This document shows positions 53,240-64,000 of a stretch of DNA of 64,000 bases, in pieces. This stretch comes from Chiloscyllium plagiosum (lineage: Eukaryota). Position 1 is the first letter of the stretch. Every line of letters starts with the position of its first letter. Under the pieces are notes generated by a model. That model made no database searches and was not told where the DNA came from. It worked only from the letters and a program-made list of their open reading frames with translations. The DNA lies in the NCBI RefSeq assembly GCF_004010195.1, contig NC_057718.1:10212009-10276008 (forward strand), written 5' to 3'. Made by a program: the position numbers and the translations under genes.

Positions 53240-55261
53240 ATGTTCATCTCTGCAGGGGACCCACATCATCCGAGGCGGTTGTGGTTGGGAGTTCTTGCTA
53301 TTATTTCATGTATAATTGTTATGCCGCTGTTAATATGGGAGCCAACCGCAAGGTACAGACAGACACACAGGCGAGGGAGAAGGGCCCAGGAACGAAAGAT
53401 CAACAGGACAAGAGGCGGACAAATGTTTAAGGGAAGTGGGGAGCCAGGTACACATCAGACATAACCCAAAGCATGATAAAACATATCAGTTTGACTTATG
53501 CAAAGCAATAAACTGTGGCCACAATCCAGAGAGCTGGAGAGGGTATGATGTATACCTTTGCGTGCATACCAATTACTATAGATGGTGCCCGACATGGAAT
53601 CATGTACTACATGGACTGGGGTAAGATGGACACCCAAGAAGTCGCCATCCTCAGATAATAGATGGAAGGCTCGAGACCATGTGAGCCTGACTAGGGGGCA
53701 ACTCGATCATTCCTCAGAGATAAAAAATCCACTCTTGTTAACCCTGACAGGATTCAACATCAGCCCTGGTCCCGAAGAAGTACGGAATCAATGCGAAATC
53801 GATGATAAAAGCTTTTACTTTGTAATAGGTGTAGATCAATCAGGAAAGGATACCATGGGACTAGTGAAGGTAACCTTGGTGGATCCTCCTATGCACCAGC
53901 CAAAAACCGAAAACACAACAAGCGTGGAGTTAGAACAAAGTTCAGGAGTTGTGGTGATAGATTGCAACAACATTACGAGAGATGACATTATTTGACTAGC
54001 CACCGGATACAGTGATAGGAACATGTGGCTGGACTGGATGATAGCTACCGCAACCTCAATGAATATGAGTAATTGCATTGCGTGTTCCTCGGCTAGGCCA
54101 ACCCTATTTACTACCCCAGCCCCATTGTTCCCTAGTACAGACCCAGCAGGATTTTACTGCATGATGGCACTCACCATGCAGGCAGACCCTCCTAATTGTA
54201 CCACCTTAAGTGCTATTTTTCCACCTGTAAAGAATTCCACATTGCCCCCAGTGTTTATCCCTAAGGCTGACAATTACACTTGTTTCACTCGAAGTTCTCA
54301 CATAATCTTGGGAGACATGCCTGTTGAATGGTGTAAGGACACGATTAATGTAAACGGCTGGCAGAATGCTAGTACAATGATTTGGGGTAGAGCTGATCTG
54401 TTCTGGTACGGTGGTGATAGAACGCTGCACGTTAGTTTACCTCCAGATTGGTCTGGAACCTGTGCAATGGTCAGGCTAGGGTTACCCTTATTCCTATTAG
54501 GAGAACGACAACAGGGAATCAATCCACATGTACGAAAACGCAGGGATTTGTTTGATATCACTTCCAGTTCAACCACTTACATAGATGCAATAGGTGTCCC
54601 CCAAGGTGTACCTGATGAATATAAATTAGTAGACCAGGTAGCAGCAGGATTTGAGAATCTCCCAATTATCAGTGCTCTATTCCCACTCACGCCGAATAAA
54701 AACATCAACCGAATCAATTATATACATTACAATGTACTCAGGCTAGCCAACAAAACTAGAGACGCGGTGGCAGGACTCTCTGAACAATTAGCAGTGACCT
54801 CATTAATAACAGTACAAAATAGAATGGCCTTAGATATGTTGTTAGCGGAAAAGGGGGGGGTGTGCCTTATGTTCGGAGATCAATGTTGTACGTTCATCCC
54901 CAATAATACAGCACCTGATGGTTCGGTAACTAGAGCCCTGGAAGGACTAAAAACCTTGTCTGAAGAAATGCATGAACATTCAGGTATTGACAACCCTCTA
55001 GGAGGCATTTTCGACTCATGGTTTGGGAAATGGAAAGGAATGGTTGTGTCTTTGTTTCTGTCCCTTGTTGGTATGATGACTGCGTTAGTGTTGTGTGGAT
55101 GTTGTTGTATCCCCTGTATTAGATCTCTGTTTAACAGGGTAATCATCACAGCAATTGAAGGGGAAGCTCCCCCGCCCTACCAGATGGCACAGATGGAGAC
55201 GGAAACAATGGCTCTGGCGGGAAGGGAAGACGACGTGTCGGAGAGCGAATGTAATGGATAA
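53240..55261 (+). pseudogene. env: Retroviral env (gamma-type), disrupted by two frameshifts (~53410, ~53610) and a TGA at 53993-53995; 3' 412 codons (54023-55261) open
   Basis: Hydrophobic leader LWLGVLAIISCIIVMPLLIW, SU CxxC (CIAC), furin site RKRR, ISD VQNRMALDMLLAEKGGV, CX6CC (CLMFGDQCC), TM helix and a CGCCCIPC tail. Confidence 0.9.
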
Positions 55262-55305
55262 ACCTGTTTGGTTGGTCTCATTTTCATGAGACCAAAAGGG
55301 GGACT

Positions 55306-55985
55306 TGTAAATATATGCCTTAGTACGAAGCATTCAGAAGCATTTAAATGATATATTTGTTTCAATTACTTATAATACAATGCTATGCTTAACCATTAAC
55401 TAACAGACAGTGGAAAAGTACTGAGTACATCTGACTTGTAAAGATATGCTGATGTAACCAGACAATAGGAATTAACAAAGAGCAGTGTGTACTGGCGGCC
55501 ATGGTGGCAGTTGGGAGTGCGAGGCAGACAGCGGGGGTGTTGCCGCCCTGTGAGTGCAGATGCAGGACATGGTGTAATCTGTGGTTTTAAAAAACACAAG
55601 AAGTATTTCGCGCCACCACCTGCAGAAGGAGGTCACATGGGGTCAGATATCCGGGAACGCGAGAAGGCGGAGAATGGAGCCAATCAGAAGACAACCACAC
55701 CTCAATGCTTGCACAATGTTCTGTGATTACATGACATTTTGTACTGTATAAAAGACTGGGTCAGGGGCAGGATAGGGGTTGGACTTCGTGAACTGACACA
55801 CTTTGCTGTTTGTCAGGGATGGGAAGATCTCGACCCAGAGCTCTGTATACTTTATCCACTCACTGCTAAAATAAAGTAAGAATTTGAGACTGAATATCTT
55901 CTCCTATTGCTTCATTAAAAGAACACGCAGGACTGGGCTCACACATAAGGGAAAGTAAGCTGGTACATTGAGCTGGAGTCCAACA
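55306..55985 (+). repeat. ERV 3' LTR
   Basis: Follows the polypurine tract aaaaggggga (55294-55303). Same termini as the 5' LTR. TATAAAA at 55747, AATAAA at 55870. Lacks a ~32-bp segment present in the 5' LTR. Confidence 0.92.
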
Positions 55986-56045
55986 CTTGCTAGGCCTTTT
56001 GCGAAGGCAGTTACCAGTTAACCTCTCTGGTACAGCAGCAGAACT

Positions 56046-57400
56046 GTTATTACTGTGAAATAGAATATTTTTAAGCATGAATATTATATAACCACATAGG
56101 AATAACATGGCATCAGAAATAATATTGTCTCTGGATGACTAAATTTCAGAGATGGGCTAGATAGAACACAGGATTAGACATCTTGAAGAAAACAATTTCT
56201 GGACTAAAGAATAGCTTCCAAGTTAGATATTAAATCAGAAGCTGAACAATTAAATACATTTCTATACACAATTGGGAGTAGAGCTGATGATATAACTCAT
56301 CAATAGGCAAAAGAAACAATCGATACAATTGTAAATGTACTTAAAGCTTTGACAAATATCCTGGACCTCAGAACAAATAAAATTCTTGACAGCACAAGAT
56401 TTAATAGAAGAGCTCAGATTCGGGGAATCCATAGATTATTTCATCAATTATTTCTACAGGTTCATTGAGAAATTGAACTATAGAAGCTTCATGTCAGAAT
56501 TTATGAGAGACAGACTTGATGAACCTTTGTCAGATTCATTACTGTCCAAAGAAGATCTCACTCTGGAAAAAGCTATTCAGATGGTAAGCATATCAGAAGT
56601 CTGGAAGTAAGACAATTCAATCCTAAAATGAAAAGGTCAATCTTGACATAGGAGATCAGCAGACACCATTCAATTGTTAATGTGCAAAACCACAAAAGAG
56701 AAACCAAGTCCATGAGTAGGACAAGAATGAGACACTAAAAAGCCTTGTGACAGCTATGGAGTTAAGAAATCTCTCAGGTGCAGGTAAAAGCTTTAAAATT
56801 GAATGCTTTAACAGTCATAGAACAGGTCACTTTCAGAAAGTGAATAGAAACAGGACACAGTTTGAGAAAGACAAGAAAGTAAACATTTACCTAAACATGG
56901 TTGAACAGTCTGAAACGGAAAAAAAACATAAAGTGGTCCTAAAGGAAATAGGTGATCTAGACCTTACATTTTGGTAAGTTGATATTTATCTTAATGATCA
57001 TCTCATGAATTTCATGTTAGAAACTAGGGTGATTGTATTATCAACTAGTAAGCTATGCTTAGGAAAACACTGCCTAAAGCTGACTGCGATGAAATTACAC
57101 ATGATTCAGGAAACATAGTTTAAGATTAAAAGTATGCCACAAATAACTCTCCAATTTGGGATGCCAAATAGTTGAAAACCTTAACATACTTTGCAAAGAA
57201 GAATTGTCACTCTTGATTAAGAAGGGATGGCTTGTTTACAATCTTGTTCAAATGGTAGAAGGAGTTAAACTATATAAAGTCAAGGAATGGCCAGCCAAGG
57301 AGGAAGCAGCCAAACGAAAGTCAGCTGAAGGCTTCATAGGGCTCCCTAAATTCATACTAAGCATTGGAAAAAGACTCCCTTGAAATTAGGGACATTTGCT
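56046..57400 (+). mobile_element. Decayed Ty3/Gypsy LTR retrotransposon, gag-protease region (possible 3' remnants at ~58640-58930 and ~59438-59560)
   Basis: aataaca-TGGCATCAGAA (LTR end plus PBS-like), GESIDYFI...EFMRDRL...LTLEKAIQ gag motif, CFNSHRTGHF zinc-knuckle relic and NFMLET protease relic. Confidence 0.65.
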
Positions 57401-58104
57401 TAAGGAATTTGTTTCATGCTGTCTTTGCAGGTAGAACCAGCAAAGAAAAACAAGTAATGTGACAACTGATGAACAGCAGAGGCCACTTGAGCCCGTTGAC
57501 AAATCCATAACTCAGGATGCACCAGAGCTGATGAACAAATAATAATGAAAGGTTCAAGTCTGATGTTAAATGTTCAGATGACATGGAACAGAGAGAATCT
57601 GAGCAGAATGCTTCATTTTCTTATCTTTGCAGAAGGATCTTCAGTGACTGTGAGAGAAAAGGGCCAAATGGCTTCTTTCTGCACTGTAGGAATCCTATGA
57701 TCATGTCAAACCAGAAACAATTCTCAAAGAGCAGAACTGAGGGAGGGAACATGTTGGATTCACCAGAAATACAATCAGTGAGGACAAATGAGAGTGTTCA
57801 AACTAATCAACATAGAGTTTGATTTGATTTATTGTAGTCACATGTACCTAAGTACAGTGAAAAGCTTTGTTTTGTGAGCAGTACAGGCAGATCATAGCAA
57901 CCAAGAGCATACAGATCACAGGGTGCTTAGACAGAGCAAGGCATACAGGGTTACAGCTGAACAGGAGGAGTGCAAAGCAAGATCAACATTAGCAAGACTA
58001 TCTGAAGTTAGAGAGATCCACTCAGCAGTCTCACAAGAGCAGGGAAGAGGCTGTTCTTGAACCTGTTGGTGTGTATGTTCAAGCTTCTGTATCTTCTGCC
58101 TGAA

Positions 58105-59437
58105 TCATGGAGCTTTACAGCATAGAAACAGACCCCTCAGTCCAACTCATCTTTGCAACCAGATATCCTAAATTAATCTAGTCCTATTTGTCAGAATTTG
58201 GCCTATATCCCTCAAAACCCTTCCTATTTATGGACCTGTCCATTTGCCTTTTAAATGTTGCAATTGTACCAGCTTCCACCTCTTCCTCTGGCAGCTCATT
58301 CCATACAAGCACCACTCTCTGCGTGAAACAGTTGCCCCATTGGTCCCTTTTAAATCTTTCCTCTCTCACCTTAAACCTATGCTCTCTAATTTTGGACTCC
58401 TCTACCGTGGGAAGCAGACCTTGGCCATTCACTCTGTCCATACCCCTCATGATTTTATAAACCTCTGCAAGTTCACCCCTCAGTTTCTGATGCTCCAAGC
58501 AAAGTAGCCCCAGTCTATTCCACATCTCCATATAGCTCAAACCCTCCAACCATGGCAACATTCTTGTAAATATTTTCTGAACCCTTTATAGTTTCACAAC
58601 ATTGATCCTACAGCAGGGAGACCAGAACTGAATGCAGTATTACTGTGTTGAAGTAATGTTTACAGGTTTCAGTGCAAATCCCAGGGCAGAAAGACTAATA
58701 AATTGAAGATGTGGTTCTTACAACACCATGGACATCGTCGCTGAGAAGGGACGAGCCATGACCAACAATTTAAGATACAGCAAATAGCAAATTGCATGTT
58801 TCAGCAGAAAAGTCATCCTCCATAAAGGAGATTCAGGCAAGTAAAGATCCTCCAGTTTAAAGGATCGACAGACCCACCCAACAAACTATCAGTATCCCAA
58901 GTCTGAAGAGAGAGTTTTCAGGAGAATAGTGAAATAGAGTAATAGAGATGTACAGCATGGAAACAGACCCTTCGGTCCAACCTGTCCATGCCGACCAGAT
59001 ATCCCAACCCAATCTAGTCCCACCTGCCAGCACCCGGCCGATATCTCTCTAAACCCTTCCTATTCATATACCCATCCAAATGCCTCTTAAATGCTGCAAT
59101 TGTACCAGCCTCCACTACTTCCTCTGGCAGCTCATTCCATACACATACTCCCTCTGCGTGAAAAAGTTGCCCCATAGGTCTCTTTTATATCTTTCCCCTC
59201 TCACCCTAAACCTATGCCCTCTCATTCTGGACTCCCCCACCCCAGGGAAAAGACTTTGCCTATTTATCCTATCCATGCCCCTCATAATTTTGTAAGGAAA
59301 GCATACCAAATGCCTTCTTCACTATCCTATCTACCTGCGACTCCACTTTCAAGAAGCTATGAACCTGCTCTCCAAGGTCTCTTTGTTCAGCAACACTCCC
59401 CATGACCTTATCATTAAGTGTATAAGTCCTGCTAAGA
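58105..59437 (-). mobile_element. Two CR1 3' fragments (~58105-58640, ~58936-59437)
   Basis: EVYKIMRGMDR and FTQRVV.VWNELPEEV motifs. Confidence 0.9.
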
Positions 59438-60534
59438 TGTCCAGATTGCCTGCGTTTGTAAATTCAAGACAGGGGAGATGGGGTTGTGGTGAATGTCATT
59501 ATACACACAAAAGTACAGCATTCGTGGTAGAAACAAACTTGGGGGGAATTGTTGTATATGGGTCTGGAGGGGGCTGAAAGTTTTAAAACTGAGGAATGGC
59601 ATAAGCCTTGCCGTCTATGATGTTGCAATGTGAGTAAAATTCCCTTTAATTTTTTCTCTGCCACTGTGGAGACCTTGAATGTCCATGAAGATAGCAATTT
59701 TCAGAACTCAATGGCAATGGATCTGCACATCTATCCGTGCACGTGGACTGACCGAGTGATTATTCAGAAGTGGTTCTCCTCTTCCATCTAGCTTCTTACA
59801 CTTGAAGAGCAGCACCTTATACAGTAGTGAGCAAGCATGCTCAGACAGGGCAGGCATAGTTTTAATATCACTTCCAAATGACAGTGCCTCCAACATGCAG
59901 TAATTCCATAGTACAGCATTTTCACAGATTTTGTATACTAATGTCTCTCAAATGGGACTCAAACTCATAGTCCTGCTCACTGAACCATGGCTGATTCATA
60001 AATAAACCAGTTTCAATTTAATGTTGCAGGAAACATGTTCCAATAAGATCATTGAATAGATTTTGTACCACTCCTGCAAAGAGACAAAACATCAACTGAG
60101 GAGAACTGCCTAAAATGTATTAAGAAATCCAGTGAGATACTGGAAGCGTAGGAAAATCACTTTCAAACTCTGAAGCAGTTATTCATCCATCTTTGATCTG
60201 CCTTAAATAGTCTCCAATCACACCCTGCACTTAGTGAATACTGTTGACACTGGAAACAGTGACCACTCAGTATAATAATCGGTTACCTAGCTGCCAATTT
60301 TTCAGCTAATCAGCCTCAAAGTGAACATTATTATCATTGACACTGCAGTTCTCATACAGCCAGTGTAAAGATAAAAATCAAACTATCAACATGGATAAAA
60401 AGAGAGAGAGAAATGAACCTTGGTTTACTATGGTTTGAACGGGGTATAGGAAATAATTTAATGAACGAAATTATTGACAATTCCCCCAGACGTACACTGA
60501 GACAACCATCGACTGTGCCTGGAGGACACAGCCA

Positions 60535-61665
60535 TTTGATAAGGTTCCCCATGGCAGGCTCATTCATAAAGTCAGGAAGTATGGGATACAGGGAGATTTG
60601 GCTATCTGGATTCAGAATTGGTTGGCTGACAGAAGGCAGAGAGTGGTTGTAGATGGAAAGAATTTTGCCTGGAGGTCAGTGGTGAGTGGGGTCCCGCAGG
60701 GCTCTGTTCTTGGGCCTCTGCTCTTTGTAGTTTTTATAAATGAATTGGGTGAGGAGGTTGACGGGTTGATTAGTAAATTTGCAGATGACAGAAACGTTGG
60801 AGGTACTGTCGATAGTATCGAGGGCTATTGCAGGTTGCAGCATGACATAGACAGGATGCAGAGCTGGGCTGAGAAGTGGCAGATATAGTTCAACCTGGAT
60901 AGATGCGAAGTGATGCATTTTGAAGGTCAAACTCAAATGGATTAAAAACAGGATTCTTGGTAGTGTGGAGGGAACAGAGGGATCTCGATGTTCACGTACA
61001 TAGATCCCTCAAAGTTGCCACCCAACTGGATAGGGTTGTTAAGAAAGCATATAGTATTTTGGCTTTCATTAACAGGGGGATCGAGTTTAAGAGCCATGAG
61101 GTTTTGCTACAGCTTTACAAGTCCCTGGTGAAACCACATTTGGAATATTGTGTCTACTTCTGGTCGCTCTACTATAGGAAAGATACAGAGGCTTTGGAGA
61201 GGGTGCAAAGAAAGTTTACCAGGATGCTGCCTGGACTGGAGGGCTTGCCTTATGAAGAGAGGTTGACTAAGCATGGACTTTTCTATCTGGAGAAAAGGAG
61301 GAAGAGAGGTGATGTGATCGAGGTATACAAGGTAATGAGAGGCTTGGATAGAATCAGTAGGCAAAGACTTTTCCCCAGGGCAGGATTAACTGGCACGAGG
61401 GGTCATAGTTTTAAGATATTAGGAGAGAGGTATAGAGGGGATGTCAGAGGTAGGTTATTTACGCAGAGAGTTGTGAATGCATGGAATGTGGTGGTGGAAG
61501 CAGAGTCATTAGGGATATTTAAGCAACTGCTGGACATGCACATGGATAGCAGTGAGTTGAGGGGTGTGTAGGTTAAGTTATTTTATTTTACATTAGGATT
61601 AATCTTTGGCACAACATTGTGGGCCAAAGAGCCTGTTCTGTGCTGTACTTTTCTATGTTCTATAT
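60535..61665 (+). mobile_element. CR1-type LINE 3' fragment
   Basis: SGVPQGSVLGPLLF, SKFADD, PHLEYCVYFWS, ERVQRKFTRMLPG. Confidence 0.92.
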
Positions 61666-62193
61666 TTTATGACCATCAAATTGGTGAAAGACATTCTTTG
61701 GTTTGCCTGAAATTTGTTGATCTTCCAGAACAAACAGTTGACCTCAACTTGGCACATTCCAGGGTCCAGGACCACGTGCTGAGGGACGCAATAAAGCTTG
61801 GGGCAGCTACCATCTTAGCGAAGTGGGAAAAGACCACTGTCTGAGGTTTTTCTGCTTAAGGTAAACGGGGGTCTGTTCAGTTATCAGACCCTCCTAGTGC
61901 CTCAAATTCATGTAAATATACTTGTATGTGTAAGAAATATCTTTGATTTGTTTGGATAGAGTCAAACTCCAATGTTTATTTGTTTCTTTGATGTGCTGCT
62001 GTACAGAACCAAATTATATAGAGTCCATAGAATCCATACGGTGTGGAAACAGGCTATTTAGCCCAACAAGTCCACGCGGACCCTCCAAAGAGTAACCCAC
62101 CCATACCCATTACTCTATATTTATCCCTGACTAATGCACCTAGCCTACATATCCTTGAATATTCTGGGTAATTTAGCATGGCCAATTCACCTC

Positions 62194-62362
62194 GAGGAGA
62201 AAGTGAGGTCTGCAGATGCTGGAGATCAAAGTTGAAACTTCATTGCTGGAACAGCACAGCAGGTCAGGAATTCCTGAAGAAGGGCCTGTGCCCGAAACGT
62301 CGAATCTCCTGTTTCCTGGATGCTGCCTGACCTGCTGTGCTGTTCCAGCAATAAAGTTTCAA
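62194..62362. mobile_element. Palindromic Penelope-derived insertion inside a V-SINE
   Basis: 11-bp TSD caattcacctc (62183-62193, 62363-62373); inverted arms. Confidence 0.85.
62270..62305 (+). ncRNA. Minimal type I hammerhead ribozyme (best-preserved copy)
   Basis: ATTC-CTGAAGA-A-GGGC-ctgt-GCCC-GAAA-C-GTC-GAAT: 4-bp stem I, 4-bp stem II, palindromic ACGT stem III, GUC triplet. Confidence 0.75.
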
Positions 62363-63380
62363 CAATTCACCTCACCTACCTATCTTTGGACTGTGGGGGG
62401 GGAAACAGGAACACCCAGTGGAAACCCACGCAGACACGGAGAGGGTGTGCAAACTCCACACAGACAGTCGCCTGAAGCTGGATTCAAACCCAGGTCCCTG
62501 GTGCTACGAGGCAGCAGTGCTAACCACTGAGTGACTATATATATATGCACAGATGTTTTTCAGGAATAAAGTATATTTTTGAATTTATGGAGAGGGACAG
62601 TGTGTCCTCCTGATTAAACATCTCCAAGGAGATGTCTAACAAGCACAGGTCATGGTGAGGACACAGACCCCTCAGAAAGAGGACACTATGTCACAGGTCT
62701 GACACAGCATCGAGGGGATAATTGGATAATTTCTTGTTGTGTCAGGTGCCTGCTCTCTCCCTCTCCACAGCCAAGTTAGCATCTTCATGCTATCCTACTA
62801 TGACCAGAATTGTCTCTTTCAGGGAAGTGAGAGGATACAGCTGATGGACACCAGTCTAATTCCAGTCTGTACTGGGAATGACTTCCCATCATGGCTTCAT
62901 GAGTGTTCTACTTAATCAGAGAAGCAATCGTGTTCCTGTAAAGTTTTAAACCGTCCTCCAGGCTCTCATACCGTAACATCAAAAAGAAAAATGTCTTACA
63001 AGATGCAGGCTGGTCAGTTAAGGTGCCTTATATCTAAGAACAACTATTCTGCTCTCTGGAGATATCAGAACCAATCCCTATTAAAGTGTCACATGTTTGT
63101 CTGCGTTAAGTGTTTCACCATCACAATCAAGGATGATGCAAACCTTAGATAATTGACTGTCCACCCAGCAGGATTGGCAGAGATGTGTAATAGGATTTGC
63201 CTTTACCTTGGCAGAATTCAAATGGTGTAGCTTGGCTGAGAGTTTTTTTGGAATTTATTTAGGCAAGGGCAAGTGTAAATAATATGAATAAATGGTGTAC
63301 CTGCCATAACACAGTGGATAGTACTGTCACCACTAGGCAGACGTCACCCACCACCAGGTTATAGTCCAACCAGTTTCATA

Positions 63381-63720
63381 TCATAGAATCTCCACAGTGT
63401 GGAAACAGACCATTTGACCCAACAAGTCCACACTAATCTTCTGAACAGCATCCCACCCAGACCCATCCCACTACCCTATCCATGTAACTCTGCATTTCCC
63501 ATGGCTACACATTCCTGGAAACTACGGGCAATTTAGCATGGCCAATGCACTCTAACCTGCACATTGTTGGATTGTGGGAGGAAACCAGACCACCCGGAAG
63601 AAACCCACGCAGACACGGGGAGAACATGCAAACTCCACACAGACACCCCAAGGGTGGAGTTGAACCCGGGTCCCTGGCGCCGTGAGGCAGCAGTGCGAAC
63701 CACTGAGCCACTGTGCCGCT
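63381..63720 (-). mobile_element. V-SINE (HE1-like)
   Basis: Reverse head, V-domain and tail. Confidence 0.85.
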
Positions 63721-63726
63721 CAAAGC

Positions 63727-63850
63727 CACCTGATGAAGGAGCAGTGGTCCAAAAGGTTGTGATTTCAAATAAATCCATTGGACTATAACCTGTTATTGTG
63801 TGACTTCTGACTTTGTCCACCACAGTCCAACACCAGCACCTCTGCATCAC
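63727..63850 (+). mobile_element. Third Penelope-like terminal repeat with decayed hammerhead
   Basis: CAC-CTGATGA-a-ggagcagtggtcc-aaaa-ggtt-GTG; a partial inverted copy (caggttatagtccaa) lies near 63356-63370. Confidence 0.5.
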
Positions 63851-64000
63851 CACTGAATCTAAATCTGTACTTTCATTATCCTGGATATTGAAATTAAGGC
63901 TGACATCATCAGAACTGTACTGAAGAGGTGCTACGCTGTCAGAAATGACACCTTTCAGGTGAGACTTTGAATTGAGGACTTGACTGCCCTCTCAAATAGA

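Larger units (their letters stand above)
51388..55985 (+). mobile_element. Endogenous retrovirus (class I, gamma/epsilon-like), internally deleted env-only provirus
   Basis: Paired TG...CA LTRs, PBS, PPT, integrase C-terminal remnant and env. Flanks ctta (51384-51387) and cttg (55986-55989) form an imperfect 4-bp TSD; the flanking host repeat reads through as tggcttgctaggcc. Confidence 0.92.
61668..62583 (+). mobile_element. L1/Tx1-clade LINE 3' end, interrupted by a V-SINE (-, ~62026-62535)
   Basis: LAHSRVQDHVLRDAIKLGAA...WEKTTV* ORF2 C-terminus, T-rich 3' UTR, AATAAA near 62566. Confidence 0.6.

Overview
Repeat-rich vertebrate genomic DNA, most likely from a shark; this is inferred from the HE1-like V-SINEs, CR1/HER1-like LINEs and Deu-domain SINEs. 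Most of the long ORFs in the ORF track are transposon fragments. Host genes: (1) a two-exon secreted ENDOD1-like DNA/RNA non-specific endonuclease on + (CDS 2718-3017 + 5861-6508, 315 aa); (2) the first three coding exons of an ARFGEF3/BIG3-like gene on - (47319-47403, 32336-32387, 17677-17758). I could not find its exon 4, so the nuclease gene may be nested antisense in its intron 3. Notable elements: (a) an env-only endogenous retrovirus (~51388-55985) with two LTRs, a tRNA-Trp PBS, a PPT, an integrase C-terminal remnant and a gamma-type env carrying three 5' lesions, whose 5' LTR has itself been hit by a Penelope-like insertion; (b) about a dozen short Penelope-derived, often palindromic insertions, most of the short ones with 11-15 bp target-site duplications and several with minimal hammerhead ribozyme cores of three sequence types; (c) a poly(A)-tailed insertion at a TT/AAAA site with a 49-bp duplication; (d) a decayed Ty3/Gypsy element, nested SINE/LINE stacks and two assembly gaps. 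All calls were made by eye with no database searches; repeat boundaries are approximate unless a TSD is given.
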